The position numbers and the translations under genes are program-made. DNA of 64,000 bases from Alphaproteobacteria bacterium (GTDB taxonomy: Bacteria; Pseudomonadota; Alphaproteobacteria; UBA828): contig OZ243972.1 in assembly GCA_965214705.1 (NCBI GenBank), forward strand, positions 2,720,001 to 2,784,000, read 5' to 3'. The notes under the pieces are model-generated. The model made no database searches and had not been told where the DNA came from. It saw only the letters and a program-made list of their open reading frames with translations. Below, one piece after another: positions 19,155 through 33,862 of this stretch; position 1 is the first letter of the stretch, and each line of letters begins with the position of its first letter.

Positions 19155-19336
19155 TGGCCGGCGGTGCCGGCTACGCCCTCTTTCAGGACGAAGCGGCGGT
19201 CGCAGTAGGGGCAGTCGATGGCCCCGTTGGATTCGAGATTGAGGAACACGCGCGGATGGCCGAGCGCGCCGCCGCCGCCATTGCATGAGACGACCGTGTC
19301 TTCGACCTCGATGATCTCGGGCGGATCGATGGTCAC
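19151..19336 (-). CDS. Small zinc-finger (zf-CHCC) protein
   Basis: VSCNGGGGALGHPRVFL...CPYCDRRF. Confidence 0.88.
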   Translation of the reverse strand: MTIDPPEIIEVEDTVVSCNGGGGALGHPRVFLNLESNGAIDCPYCDRRFVLKEGVAGTAGH

Positions 19337-19524
19337 GGGCCGTCCCTCGTCAATTCCTGCTGTTCCTGGCCGCCATTTGACCGAAGCGGCGGGGCGATGA
19401 TACCCATTGCCCGCCGCCATTCAACCGGGCGCCGCCGCCCAATCCGGCGCCATCCACTTCTTCGCAAGCTGAGCCTGGAGGGCATCGTCCTGCATCCGAC
19501 ACACGCCCACGACAGGGCCGCGCC

Positions 19525-20421
19525 ATGAGTGAGGCGATCCCCTACGTCCGGGATCTCGACTTCACCTACGGCAAGGTGGCGCAGATCTCGCCGCTGATCC
19601 GCCGGGTCATCGCGCACAACCCGAGCGTCTTCACCTTCCACGGCACTGGCACATACATCGTGGGGCGGGGCAATGTGGCGATCATCGATGCCGGCCCTGA
19701 CCTCTTGGACCATGTCGATGCCGTGCTCGCCGCCGTGCGCGGCGAGACCGTGACGCATCTCGTCGTGACTCACACCCACATCGATCATTCGCCGGCGACA
19801 CGCCATATCAAGGCCGCGACCGGGGCGCCGACCTATGGCTTCGGCCCGCACGGGGGCGGGGAGGGGCCGGCGGTCGAAGAGGGGGCGGACCGCGACTTCG
19901 TGCCGGATCACCGGGTCGAGGACGGTGTGTCGATCGAAGGCGACGGCTGGACGCTGGAGGCCGTGCACACGCCAGGCCATACCTCGAACCACCTGTGCTT
20001 CATGCTGGCGGAAGAGCAGGCGCTCTTCTCAGGCGATCACGTGATGGGGTGGTCGACCACGGTGGTCTCGCCGCCGGATGGCGACATGGGCGCCTACATG
20101 GCCTCGCTGGAGAAGCTCAAGACGCGCGACGAGTCGACCTACTGGCCCACGCATGGTCCCCCAATTCCCCAACCGCAGCGCTACGTCGGCAAGCTGCACG
20201 CTCACCGGCGCCAGCGGGAGGCGGAGATTCTATCCGCCGTCGCGAACGGCGCGGCGACCATTCCAGAGATTGTGGCCCTGCGCTACCGGGGGCTCGACCC
20301 GCGCCTGCGCCCCGCCGCCGCGCGGACGGTGCTCGCCCATTTGATCCATCTGGTCGAGAGCGGGCGCGTCGCCTGCCCGGGTGAGCCGAATGAAGACACG
20401 CGCTACCGCGCCATTATGTAG
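19525..20421 (+). CDS. Metallo-beta-lactamase-fold hydrolase
   Basis: THTHIDH, HTPGHTSNH, FSGDHVMGWST, PTHG. Confidence 0.9.
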   Translation: MSEAIPYVRDLDFTYGKVAQISPLIRRVIAHNPSVFTFHGTGTYIVGRGNVAIIDAGPDLLDHVDAVLAAVRGETVTHLVVTHTHIDHSPATRHIKAATGAPTYGFGPHGGGEGPAVEEGADRDFVPDHRVEDGVSIEGDGWTLEAVHTPGHTSNHLCFMLAEEQALFSGDHVMGWSTTVVSPPDGDMGAYMASLEKLKTRDESTYWPTHGPPIPQPQRYVGKLHAHRRQREAEILSAVANGAATIPEIVALRYRGLDPRLRPAAARTVLAHLIHLVESGRVACPGEPNEDTRYRAIM

Positions 20422-20436
20422 CGAAGAAACAGAACC

Positions 20437-21228
20437 CTATCGGGCACGCTTCTTAGGCGGTGAGTCGCGGAACTCCTTGACCTGGGCGAGGGCGGCGCCC
20501 TGGAGCAGCTTCACGTCCTGGCCACAGACCACCAGGTCGTAGCCTCGCTCGAAGGTCCACTTCACCGTCTTGCCAGGGCGCGTGACGGTCGCGAGCAGCT
20601 TCCCCGTCGCCCGCATCTTGCGCTCCGCCTTCTGGATCAGCCGGATCACTTTCGGTTCTTTCATGTCCAGCATGTGGCCGATGCTCGCCGAGATGTCGCT
20701 CGGCCCCAGGAACAGCATGTCGACGCCATCGACGGCCGCGATCTCCTCGATGTTGTCGATCGCCTCCTCGGTCTCGATCTGGCAGGCGACCAGTAACTCC
20801 TGCGGCATTGCCGCGCGATAATCCGCGATCCGCGAGCCCCAGCCGGAGCAACGTGCGGCGTGCGGCGCTACCCCGCGCACACCTTCCGTCGGAAAGCGAC
20901 AGGCGGCGACCGCTGCCTCGGCCTCAGCGGCGTTCTGCACGTATGGCACGACGACGCCCATCACGCCGATGTCGAGGGCACGCTTGATGTAAACCATGTC
21001 GTTCCACGGCACGCGCATCATGGGAGTCGCGCCGGACGCTGCTGCTGCCTGCATCAAGCTGATGGCGTTGAGGAGGTCGCCCGGCCCGTGCTCGTGATCC
21101 ATGATGACCGTGTCGTAGCCGGCGTTGGCGACGACTTCGGCGGCAATGGGGCTGCCCATCGCGAGCCAGGCACCCAGCGCGGGCTCGCCCGCGAGCATCT
21201 TTCTCTTACAGCGGTTCTCGACGGTCAT
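20437..21228 (-). CDS. HpcH/HpaI family aldolase
   Basis: DHEHG, IKRALDIG, CQIET, LFLGPSD. Confidence 0.9.
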   Translation of the reverse strand: MTVENRCKRKMLAGEPALGAWLAMGSPIAAEVVANAGYDTVIMDHEHGPGDLLNAISLMQAAAASGATPMMRVPWNDMVYIKRALDIGVMGVVVPYVQNAAEAEAAVAACRFPTEGVRGVAPHAARCSGWGSRIADYRAAMPQELLVACQIETEEAIDNIEEIAAVDGVDMLFLGPSDISASIGHMLDMKEPKVIRLIQKAERKMRATGKLLATVTRPGKTVKWTFERGYDLVVCGQDVKLLQGAALAQVKEFRDSPPKKRAR

Positions 21229-21347
21229 GCGCGGCGCCTCCCGGTGGAGTATTGGGGATCAGGAGAAACCCATCGGTCCAGGACGCGTGGGCAATGGGCG
21301 CGGCCGGTTCTACCACGGCCTGCGCGGGCGGGACAGGCGGCGCAGGA

Positions 21348-23798
<2,451 letters not shown>

Positions 23799-23900
23799 TG
23801 TTCCTCGTGCGCCTTGCGATTGCGCGTCAGAGCGGTAGCCGATACCGAGGCGCGCCCGCAGGTAAGGTAAGTACGGCGGCGCAGCCGTTCAAGCGGTCAC

Positions 23901-25169
<1,269 letters not shown>

Positions 25170-25392
25170 GTCCGCTCCGTGCCGTCGCTTGCGGAGACGC
25201 GCCCGTCTATACTGCCGTTAAGCTCGCGACGCTCTTCTCCAGACAACCAGAACTCCGTGAGGTTGGCAAACACCCCGGCCCGTGTCTAGGCCGAACATTC
25301 GGTGATTTCGAGACCCAATATCTAGTGCCTCCCGGCCTACGTTTTCAGGTTAGATGCACCACGCGGCAGCCCGCTCCAGCCACCTGCGGACT

Positions 25393-26052
25393 CTAGCTTC
25401 CCTTCTTGGTGCCGCCCTTGGCTCCCGAGTCGTCCGGGGTTTCCGGCCGCCGCGCCACCACATCGTCCACGATACCGAAGTCCTTGGCTTCGTTGGGAGT
25501 CATGAACTTGTCACGTTCCAGGTTTTCTTCGATGATCGCAAGGTCCTGACCGGTATGGCTCACGTAAATTTCATTGAGACGCTGGCGCAGCAACAAGATT
25601 TCCTTGGCGTGGATCTCGATGTCGGTGGCCTGTCCCTGAAAGCCGCCGGACGGCTGGTGCAGCATGATCCGGGCATTGGGTAAAGCGAAGCGCTGCCCTT
25701 CCGCGCCGGCCGCCAGCAGGAGCGAACCCATCGAGGCTGCTTGTCCGATGCAGAGCGTGGCCACCGCTGGGCGCACATACTGCATCGTGTCGTAAATCGC
25801 GAGACCCGACGTCACCAGGCCACCGGGGCTGTTGATGTAGACCGAGATGTCCTTGGTCGGATTCTCGGATTCCAGGAACAAGAGCTGCGCGGTGACCAGG
25901 CTCGCGACTTCGTCGCCGATGCCGCCGGTGAGGAAAATGATTCGCTCCTTGAGCAGCCGCGAATAGATGTCGTAGGCACGCTCGCCCCGATTGGTCTGCT
26001 CCACAACCATCGGCACCAAGGTGTTGGCGTAGGTCTCGACGATATCCGCCAT
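25393..26052 (-). CDS. clpP: Clp protease proteolytic subunit
   Basis: [26 protein letters not shown]. Confidence 0.98.
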   Translation of the reverse strand: MADIVETYANTLVPMVVEQTNRGERAYDIYSRLLKERIIFLTGGIGDEVASLVTAQLLFLESENPTKDISVYINSPGGLVTSGLAIYDTMQYVRPAVATLCIGQAASMGSLLLAAGAEGQRFALPNARIMLHQPSGGFQGQATDIEIHAKEILLLRQRLNEIYVSHTGQDLAIIEENLERDKFMTPNEAKDFGIVDDVVARRPETPDDSGAKGGTKKGS

Positions 26053-26079
26053 GACGCTCTCCTTATTCAGCGGGGCGGA

Positions 26080-27516
26080 TCAGCCCGACTCGTCTTGCGC
26101 GCTGCTTTCGCCCTCACCGACCTCTGCCGACTCTTCGTCGCCGACAGCAGCGGCTTCAGATTTCGACGGCTTTTCGTCGTCCTCCGGGTCGCGCAACAGC
26201 GTTTCCACATCCACCAACTCATCCGAGACCGCGGCGAGCTCACAGAGGAATGTGATGACCTTGTCCTCGAATACCGTGGGGCGGAAGCGCTCCAGTTGGT
26301 CTGGCTGGCTCCGGTAGAATTCAAGGAGGCGCTGAGGCTCCGGATGACCGCGCGCGCTCATCATGGCCGCGCGGAGCAGATCCTCCTGCTCGACCGTAAT
26401 GTCGTTGCTCCCCCCGATCTCCGCGATCAGGAGGCCGAGGCGCACGCGCCGCTCGGCGATCTGCCGAAACTCCTCCCGCGCCTCATCTTCCGGCTGATCG
26501 AGCATTGTGGCGATTTCCGACTCGGCGCGTTTGGCGTCGTTCTCGATTTGCTGCCAGACGGCATCGAACTCGCGCTCGACCATGCCGGGCGGCACGTCGA
26601 ACTTGTAGCGCTCATCGAGGACGTCGAGCAGCGAGCGCTTGAGGCGAGCCTGGGAGACCTGCTCATACTCCGACTGGATCTGCTCCCGTACCACGCCGCG
26701 CAGTGCGTCCAGGTTTTCGGCGCCTCGGCGTTCGGCGAAGGCGTCGTCGACCGTCACGGGCAGCCGCTCCTGCACCTCCTTGACTGTGATCTTGAAGACG
26801 GTGGCCTCCGCCGCTGCTGCGGGCTCATCCTGCTCTCCCGCCTCCTGTTCGGGCGTGGGCGGCGCCATCGTCACTTCCCGTTCCTGGCCTGCCTCAGCGC
26901 CCACGAGCTGCTCGGTCATTTCGGGCAAGAGTGCTTCGGCATCGAGCTCCAGCGGCACGTCCGTGCCGCTCCGCTCAGGCGCCGGTACGCCATCGACCTC
27001 GACAGCGATGTCGACCAGAAGCTGATCGCCTTCCTGTGCCGCTCTCGGCGTCTCGACCGGCTCGAACCGCTTTTCGGCCTCTGCGAGTCGGCCAAGCGCG
27101 TCCTCCACCGATTCGTCGGTCACTTCGGCCTTGAGTCGGGTGACGGTGAGGTCCGAGAAGTCGCCGAGCTCGATATTCGGCAAGACCTCCATCCCCATGG
27201 TGAACTCGAGATCCTTGCCCTCGTCGTAAGCCGTGATCTCGATCTCGGGCTGCATGGCCGGGCGCAGCTCGCGTTCCTCCAAGACCTCGCGCGAGCGCGT
27301 CTCGATGGTCTGCTGCAGCACCTCGCCGAGCACACGCGGCTGGTAATGGCGGCGCACGATGGAGAGCGGCACCTTGCCGCGACGAAAGCCCTTCATGGTT
27401 ATGGTCTTGCGCAGCTCGTCGAGCCGCCCCTCAACATCGGCTTCGAGATCGGCCGCCGGCACCGTCACCTTGAGCTCACGTTTCAGCCCCTCGGAGAGGG
27501 TTTCCGTTACTTGCAT
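26080..27516 (-). CDS. tig: Trigger factor
   Basis: MQVTETLSEGLKRE, GFRRGKVP signature; synteny with clpP. Confidence 0.96.
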   Translation of the reverse strand: MQVTETLSEGLKRELKVTVPAADLEADVEGRLDELRKTITMKGFRRGKVPLSIVRRHYQPRVLGEVLQQTIETRSREVLEERELRPAMQPEIEITAYDEGKDLEFTMGMEVLPNIELGDFSDLTVTRLKAEVTDESVEDALGRLAEAEKRFEPVETPRAAQEGDQLLVDIAVEVDGVPAPERSGTDVPLELDAEALLPEMTEQLVGAEAGQEREVTMAPPTPEQEAGEQDEPAAAAEATVFKITVKEVQERLPVTVDDAFAERRGAENLDALRGVVREQIQSEYEQVSQARLKRSLLDVLDERYKFDVPPGMVEREFDAVWQQIENDAKRAESEIATMLDQPEDEAREEFRQIAERRVRLGLLIAEIGGSNDITVEQEDLLRAAMMSARGHPEPQRLLEFYRSQPDQLERFRPTVFEDKVITFLCELAAVSDELVDVETLLRDPEDDEKPSKSEAAAVGDEESAEVGEGESSAQDESG

Positions 27517-27591
27517 AATCCTGCGCTCATGTCGTACTCCGCATGGCCGGCGGGCGCCCGATCGGGCCTCGGGCGCGAGCGGCATCGGCGA

Positions 27592-27676
27592 TGGTGCGGG
27601 CGAAGGGATTCGAACCCCCACGGCCTGAGCCACGTGGTCCTAAACCACGCGCGTCTACCAATTCCGCCACGCCCGC
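27592..27676 (-). tRNA. tRNA-Leu (UAG)
   Basis: GCGGGCGTGGCGGAATTGGTAGACGC...CGTGG-TTTAGGA-CCACG...GGTTCGAATCC...ACCA; 85 nt with long variable arm. Confidence 0.96.
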
Positions 27677-27850
27677 GCGTCTCCGGTATGTCTCTGGTTC
27701 GTGAGTCCCTCCGGAAGCGGAGAAACTTCGCGCGCCCTATAGCACAGAAGGGCGCCAATGGGCCAAGACGCTATCGAGCAGCTTTTCCAGCTTGAACACA
27801 AGCCGGGATCGTGATGAGAAAATTGGGTTAGTCTGACGATATCTTGCTGC

Positions 27851-27940
27851 GGATGGGTGGCCGAGTGGTCGAAGGCACCGGTCTTGAAAACCGGCAGGGG
27901 CGCGAGTCCCTCGTGGGTTCGAATCCCACCCCATCCGCCA
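27851..27940 (+). tRNA. tRNA-Ser (UGA)
   Basis: GGATGGGTGGCCGAGTGG...CCGGT-CTTGAAA-ACCGG...GGTTCGAATCC...GCCA; 90 nt. Confidence 0.96.
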
Positions 27941-28220
27941 CTCATATTCTATAATTTATTGATTAACCATGATTTTTCGTGATTTTTCAGTTCTGCGTCC
28001 CTCAGTTTGCCTCAGAAATTCGTGGTATGGTGGCCACCTGGACCCCAGCCCGCTGCTGTTCTCCAGTGCTAGTTGTTCAGCGCGGGGGAATGGCGCCGAT
28101 AGGCGTTCTAACGTGTTGAGGTGGCTAGGCTTTAGGGGGTCAATGTTCCACGCTTGACAACATCCAGGGGTCCGCGCGAAGCCCTGCACCAGTCCTTCGA
28201 CGGCGTGGAGGCGTGATTCG

Positions 28221-29147
28221 ATGCTCCTTTGCTGCGGCGAAGCGCTGATCGACATGATCCCGACTCCGACCGAGGCGGGGCAGGAGGGCTACGTGCCCCA
28301 CGTCGGCGGCTCGGTCTTCAACACCGCGATCGCGCTCGGACGTCTAGGCGTGCAGACCGGAATGCTGACCGGGCTTTCCTCCGATCTGTTCGGCCAGCAC
28401 TTGACCGCATCGCTTCACGCGAACCATGTCGACACATCGCTCGTCGTCACCTCCGACCGGCCCACCACACTCGCGTTCGTCCAGATCACGGACGGCCAGG
28501 CCTCCTACCTGTTCTACGACGAGAACTCGGCCGGGCGGATGCTCGACCGGGCCGACATGCCCCCGCTGCCCGACGAAGTCAGCACGCTCTACTTCGGCGG
28601 CATCAGCCTGGTCTTCGAGCCGGGTGCCGAGGCCTATGCCGCGCTGCTGAAGCGCGAAGCCGCGGCCCGCGTGGTCATGCTGGACCCGAACATCCGCCCG
28701 AGCTTCATCCGGGACATCAGGCGATACCGCGACCGTCTGGATCAGATGATCGCGCTGTCGGACATCGTGAAAGTCTCGGACGAGGATCTGAACTGGATCT
28801 ATCCCGGCCCGCAGTCGCTGTTCGAGAAACTCGATTTCGTGCGCCAGGCCGGGCCGTCCGTCGTGATCCTGACGCGCAGCGGCAGCGGTGCCACCGCCTT
28901 CCTCAAGGACGGCACCGAGGTCTCGGTTCCGGTCGACCGCGTTGACGTCGTCGACACCATCGGCGCGGGCGATACGTTCAATGCGGGCGTGCTGGCCAAG
29001 CTCGCGGAGCTCGGGCTGCTCATCAAGGCATCGCTGGCCGCCATCGAGCGCGACCCGATAGGCGAAGCCCTGCGCTTCGGCACTCGGGTCGCAGGGGTCA
29101 CCGTTTCCCGCGCCGGTGCGAACCCGCCATGGCGCCATGAGCTTTGA
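28221..29147 (+). CDS. PfkB family carbohydrate kinase (fructokinase-like)
   Basis: GEALIDM, GGSVFN, DPNIRP, DTIGAGDTF. Confidence 0.92.
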   Translation: MLLCCGEALIDMIPTPTEAGQEGYVPHVGGSVFNTAIALGRLGVQTGMLTGLSSDLFGQHLTASLHANHVDTSLVVTSDRPTTLAFVQITDGQASYLFYDENSAGRMLDRADMPPLPDEVSTLYFGGISLVFEPGAEAYAALLKREAAARVVMLDPNIRPSFIRDIRRYRDRLDQMIALSDIVKVSDEDLNWIYPGPQSLFEKLDFVRQAGPSVVILTRSGSGATAFLKDGTEVSVPVDRVDVVDTIGAGDTFNAGVLAKLAELGLLIKASLAAIERDPIGEALRFGTRVAGVTVSRAGANPPWRHEL

Positions 29148-29232
29148 AGGCGATATTCTCTTGATCGGTTAGTGAAGCGGGGATGCTCCTCTCAGTGGCG
29201 CCGTCTCTAGGCTGGCTGGAGGTGGACTTATC

Positions 29233-30696
29233 ATGGTTTCTCGAGTCATTCCGGTCGAGCCGTTCGATCTCGTGGTCTTCGGCGGCACTGGCGACCTGGC
29301 GCGGCGCAAGCTGCTGCCCGCGCTCTATCGCCGCATGCTTGCCGGGCAGGCGCAGCCCGGTTCGAGGATCGTCGCCGTCGGCCGCAGAGTGCTCGACGCC
29401 GACGGTTATCGCCGCATGGCCGAGGCGTCGCTCAAGGAGCATGCGGGTCCGGGCGCGCTCGATCCCGATCGGGCCGCGGCCTTCCTCGACATGCTCGACT
29501 ACGTGCACGTCGATGCGGAGGGCGAGGGCGGCTGGACCTCGCTGGCCGATCGGCTCGAGGGCTCTGAGCGCATGCGGATCTTCTATCTCTCGGTGTTTCC
29601 GCACCTCTTCGGACCAATCAGCGAACGGGTGGCGCGGAGCGGCTGCCGCACGCCCGACACGCGACTGGTGGTCGAGAAGCCGCTCGGCCGCGATCTCCAG
29701 AGCGCGCAGGTGCTGAACCGCCGGCTCGCAACGCTGTTCGAGGAGCGCCAGATCTACCGGATCGACCACTATCTCGGGAAGGAGACGGTGCAGAACCTGA
29801 TGGCGCTGCGCTTCGCCAACGCCCTGTTCGAGCCGATCTGGAACGCGCGCCATGTCGATCACGTGCAGATCACCGTCGCCGAGCGGGTCGGCGTCGGCGG
29901 CCGGGGCGCCTACTACGATGAGAACGGCGCGCTGCGGGACATGATGCAGAACCACCTTCTGCAACTGCTTTGCCTCATCGCCATGGAGCCGCCGGCGCAT
30001 TTCGAGCCGGACGCGCTGCGCGACGAGAAGCTCAAGGTGCTGCGCAGCCTGAAGCCGCTGGAGGGGCTCGGCGACGTGGTGCGCGGCCAGTATCTCGGCA
30101 TCAACGGCGAGACGGGCTACCTCGAAGACGCGGAGAATCCCCGATCGCGCACCGAGAGCTTCGTGGCGATCAAGGCGGAGATCGCCAACTGGCGCTGGAA
30201 CGGGGCGCCGTTCTACCTGCGCACCGGCAAGCGGCTGCGGACGCGGATGTCGGAGATCGCCGTCGTCTTCAAGGACGCCCCGCATTCGATCTTCCCCGCG
30301 AGCGCGGGCAGCACCGGCCCCAACGTGCTGGCGATCAGACTACAGCCAGACGAGGGGATCACGCTGAGACTGACGATCAAGGAGCCAGGCCCCGGCGGCA
30401 TGCGGCTCTGCGAGGTGCCGCTCGACATGACCTTTGCCGAGACCCTGGGTGCCGACGGGTTGAGCATGCCGGACGCCTACGAGCGGCTGGTGATGGACGT
30501 GATCCGCGGCGACCAGACGCTGTTCATGCGCGGTGACGAGGTGGAGGCGGCCTGGCGCTGGATCGATCCGATCATCGCGGCGGCGGAGACCGCGCCCGAG
30601 CGGCCGCAGCCCTACGACAGCTATTCGTCGGGCCCTGAGGATGCGCTGATGCTGATGCATCGCGACGGCCGGCGCTGGCGCTCGCTCGCGGCGTGA
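29233..30696 (+). CDS. zwf: Glucose-6-phosphate 1-dehydrogenase
   Basis: [25 protein letters not shown]. Confidence 0.97.
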   Translation: MVSRVIPVEPFDLVVFGGTGDLARRKLLPALYRRMLAGQAQPGSRIVAVGRRVLDADGYRRMAEASLKEHAGPGALDPDRAAAFLDMLDYVHVDAEGEGGWTSLADRLEGSERMRIFYLSVFPHLFGPISERVARSGCRTPDTRLVVEKPLGRDLQSAQVLNRRLATLFEERQIYRIDHYLGKETVQNLMALRFANALFEPIWNARHVDHVQITVAERVGVGGRGAYYDENGALRDMMQNHLLQLLCLIAMEPPAHFEPDALRDEKLKVLRSLKPLEGLGDVVRGQYLGINGETGYLEDAENPRSRTESFVAIKAEIANWRWNGAPFYLRTGKRLRTRMSEIAVVFKDAPHSIFPASAGSTGPNVLAIRLQPDEGITLRLTIKEPGPGGMRLCEVPLDMTFAETLGADGLSMPDAYERLVMDVIRGDQTLFMRGDEVEAAWRWIDPIIAAAETAPERPQPYDSYSSGPEDALMLMHRDGRRWRSLAA

Positions 30697-31346
30697 CGCG
30701 GATCGTCGAGGCCGCGGATCCGGGCGCGCTGGCCCGCCTTCTGGCTGATGAGGTCGCGGCGGTGCTGGAGAAGGCGATTGGAGGCAGGGACCGGGCCACG
30801 CTGGCGGTGCCGGGTGGCACCACGCCGGCCGCGTTCCTGACCGCCCTCGGCGACCATGCGCTCGACTGGGAGGCCGTAGCGGTGACGCTCACCGACGAGC
30901 GCTGCGTCCGCGCCGATCATCCAGGCTCGAACCGGCGCTTGCTCGATGAAACGCTGTTTGCCGGCCCGGCCCGTGCGGCACAGTTCGTGGCGCTCGACGA
31001 CGAGCAGGTGCTCTCGACCCTCCTGCCGCTCGATGCCTGCGTGCTGGGGATGGGGGAGGATACGCACATCGCCTCGCTCTTCCCCGGTGCCGACCGCCTG
31101 GACGAGGCGCTTTCGGCGGACTGCGGCGCCCCGGCCCTTCGGCTCAACGCCCCCGGTGCGCCGGAGGCGCGCATCACGCTCACCACGCCGGCGCTGACCG
31201 GGGCGGGCCGCTGCTTCCTATTGATCCACGGCGCAGAGAAGCGCGCGGCTCTCGAACGGGCTCGGGCTGCGGCCGGCCCTGTGGACGCCCCGGTCCGGCT
31301 GGTCCTCGACGCACCGACCCCCGCGACCGTTTACTGGGCACCGTGA
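30693..31346 (+). CDS. pgl: 6-phosphogluconolactonase
   Basis: PGGTTP, TDER, LGMGEDTHIASLFP; coupled to zwf. Confidence 0.93.
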   Translation: MTRIVEAADPGALARLLADEVAAVLEKAIGGRDRATLAVPGGTTPAAFLTALGDHALDWEAVAVTLTDERCVRADHPGSNRRLLDETLFAGPARAAQFVALDDEQVLSTLLPLDACVLGMGEDTHIASLFPGADRLDEALSADCGAPALRLNAPGAPEARITLTTPALTGAGRCFLLIHGAEKRAALERARAAAGPVDAPVRLVLDAPTPATVYWAP

Positions 31347-31367
31347 GGCAACGATCGGGAGAGCCCG

Positions 31368-33182
31368 ATGCCACTGAACGATACCGTGCACCAGGTGACC
31401 GAGCGGATCCGCGCACGAAGCCGGACCGCCCGCACCGACTATCTCGAGCGCATGGCCCGTGCTGCTGACGCCGGGCCCGCGCGCGCGCATCTCTCCTGCG
31501 GCAACCTCGCGCACGCCTTCGCCGCGAGCCCTGATACAGACAAATCGCGTCAGGCCGAGGGCACCGCCGGCAACATCGGTATCGTCACTGCCTACAATGA
31601 CATGCTCTCGGCCCACCAGCCGTTCGAGGGCTATCCTGCGCTGATCCGTGAGGCGGCCAGGCAGGCCGGTGGCACCGCCCAGGTCGCCGGCGGCGTGCCG
31701 GCGATGTGCGACGGCGTCACCCAGGGCCAGCCCGGCATGGAGCTCTCGCTCTTCAGCCGTGATGTGATCGCGCTCGCGGCGGGCGTGGCGCTCTCGCACA
31801 ACTGCTTCGACGCCGCGATCTTCCTCGGCGTCTGCGACAAGATCGTCCCCGGCCTCGTGATCGCGGCAGCCACCTTCGGCCATATCCCGGCGATCTTCGC
31901 GCCGGCGGGGCCGATGACCTCGGGCTTGCCCAACGACCAGAAGGCCGCCGTGCGCCAGCGCTTCGCCCGTGGCGAGATCGGCCGGGACGAGCTGATGGCC
32001 GCCGAGATGGCCTCATATCACGGCCCCGGCACCTGCACGTTCTACGGCACGGCGAACTCGAACCAGATGCTGATGGAGTTCATGGGCCTGCACCTGCCGG
32101 GCGCGAGCTTCGTCAATCCCGGCACACCGCTGCGCGAGGCGCTCACGCAAGCGGCGGCGCGGCGGGCGTTGGAGATCACCGCGAACGGCAACTCCTACAC
32201 GCCCGTTAGCGCCGTGCTCGACGAGCGCGCCTTCGTCAACGGCATGGTTGGCCTGCACGCCACGGGCGGCTCGACCAATCTGACCCTGCACCTCGTCGCG
32301 ATGGCCCGTGCCGCCGGCGTGCTGATCGAGTGGGGAGACATGGCGGCGCTTTCCGCCGTCACGCCGCTGATGGCGCGGGTCTATCCCAATGGCCTCGCCG
32401 ACGTGAATCACTTCCACGCCGCCGGCGGGCTCGGCTTCATGATCGGCGAGCTGCTGGAGGCCGGGCTGTTACACGACGACGTCCGCACCGTCGCCGGCGA
32501 CGGACTGGCGCGCTACACCGAGGAGCCGGCGCTTGGCGACGACGGGCTCGCTTGGCGCGAGGGCACGCGCGCGAGCCTGAACGAGAAGATCCTCCGCCCC
32601 GCAGCCGATCCGTTCCAGCGCACCGGAGGGCTCACCGTGTTGACCGGCAACCTCGGCCAGGCGGTGATCAAGACCTCGGCGGTCAAGCCGGAGCACCACG
32701 TCATCGAGGCCCCGACCCTCGTGTTCCACGATCAGGAGGAGATCAAAGCCGCGTTCCGCGACGGCGCGCTCGAGCGCGATTTCGTCTGCGTGCTGCGCTT
32801 CCAGGGCCCGCAGGCCAACGGCATGCCGGAGCTGCACGCGCTGACGCCGGTCTTGGGTTCCGTGCAGGACAAGGGCTTCCGTGTGGCGCTGGTCACCGAC
32901 GGGCGCATGTCCGGCGCTTCGGGCAAGGTACCGGCGGCCATCCACGTCACGCCCGAGGCCGCGGCGGGCGGGGCGATCGCGCGGGTGCGCGATGGCGACG
33001 TGCTCCGGCTCGACGCTGTGGCGGGCCGGCTCGACGTGCTGGGCGATCCGGCGGAATTCGCCGCGCGCGCGCCGGCAAAGGCCGATCTTTCGGCCAACGC
33101 CAGCGGCATCGGGCGCGAGCTCTTCGCCGCCTTCCGCAGCAACGTCGGTCCCGCCGAAGCTGGTGCCGCGGTCGTCGTCTAG
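31368..33182 (+). CDS. edd: 6-phosphogluconate dehydratase
   Basis: [39 protein letters not shown]. Confidence 0.97.
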   Translation: MPLNDTVHQVTERIRARSRTARTDYLERMARAADAGPARAHLSCGNLAHAFAASPDTDKSRQAEGTAGNIGIVTAYNDMLSAHQPFEGYPALIREAARQAGGTAQVAGGVPAMCDGVTQGQPGMELSLFSRDVIALAAGVALSHNCFDAAIFLGVCDKIVPGLVIAAATFGHIPAIFAPAGPMTSGLPNDQKAAVRQRFARGEIGRDELMAAEMASYHGPGTCTFYGTANSNQMLMEFMGLHLPGASFVNPGTPLREALTQAAARRALEITANGNSYTPVSAVLDERAFVNGMVGLHATGGSTNLTLHLVAMARAAGVLIEWGDMAALSAVTPLMARVYPNGLADVNHFHAAGGLGFMIGELLEAGLLHDDVRTVAGDGLARYTEEPALGDDGLAWREGTRASLNEKILRPAADPFQRTGGLTVLTGNLGQAVIKTSAVKPEHHVIEAPTLVFHDQEEIKAAFRDGALERDFVCVLRFQGPQANGMPELHALTPVLGSVQDKGFRVALVTDGRMSGASGKVPAAIHVTPEAAAGGAIARVRDGDVLRLDAVAGRLDVLGDPAEFAARAPAKADLSANASGIGRELFAAFRSNVGPAEAGAAVVV

Positions 33183-33277
33183 GCGATCGTGAGCCCGCAC
33201 TAGGCTGCTTGGGAAAGGTTTCGCCGCGCCAACACTTGGCCTAGCTTCAGGGCACAGCAGCCGCGCAAGACCACGCC

Positions 33278-33862
33278 GTGCCGGACATCGAAGCGTCGTT
33301 CAGTATCGACCAGCCTGCCAATCGGGTCTGGGATTTCTTCCAGGACGTACCCGAGGTCGTGACCTGCATGCCGGGCACGGAGCTTCTGGGCCAGACCGGC
33401 GAGGCGACCTACCAGGGCAAGGTCACGGTCAAGCTCGGGCCCGTGACGGCCGCTTTCGAAGGCGAGGCCACCATCGCCGAGACGGACCATGAGGCCCGCA
33501 CCGCCAGGATCGAAGCCTCGGGCATCGACCGCCGGGGCGGCAACCGTGCGAAGGCGAGCATTGCCTACCAAATTCAGGAGCAAGACGGCGGATCGTTCGT
33601 CAGGCTCTCGGGCGACATCAAGCTTTCCGGCGCGCTCGCGCAGATTGGCCGCAGCGGGATCGTTCAGGACGTGGCTGACCACCTCACCGCGCAGTTTGCA
33701 GAGCGTCTCCGCAACAAGCTCGCGCGCGACGGCGACGAGGCGGATGACAGTGCGGGTGCCCAAGACCCGCCCCAGGCCATCGCGGGCTCTCAGCTCACGC
33801 GTATCGTCGTGGTGGCGTGGTTCAGACGCCTGGTCGCAGCGCTGCTTGGACGCACCACCTAA
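33278..33862 (+). CDS. CoxG/SRPBCC family protein
   Basis: VWDFFQDVPEVVTCMPG, VKLGP, GALAQIGR; convergent on the Mo-enzyme large subunit. Confidence 0.85.
   Translation: MPDIEASFSIDQPANRVWDFFQDVPEVVTCMPGTELLGQTGEATYQGKVTVKLGPVTAAFEGEATIAETDHEARTARIEASGIDRRGGNRAKASIAYQIQEQDGGSFVRLSGDIKLSGALAQIGRSGIVQDVADHLTAQFAERLRNKLARDGDEADDSAGAQDPPQAIAGSQLTRIVVVAWFRRLVAALLGRTT

Noticed and set aside
21229-21347. No hupB after lon
   Set aside because: That synteny is common but not universal; not informative alone.
27956-28255. 99-aa minus-strand ORF after tRNA-Ser as an integrase remnant
   Set aside because: No integrase motifs recognisable; overlaps the pfkB start.
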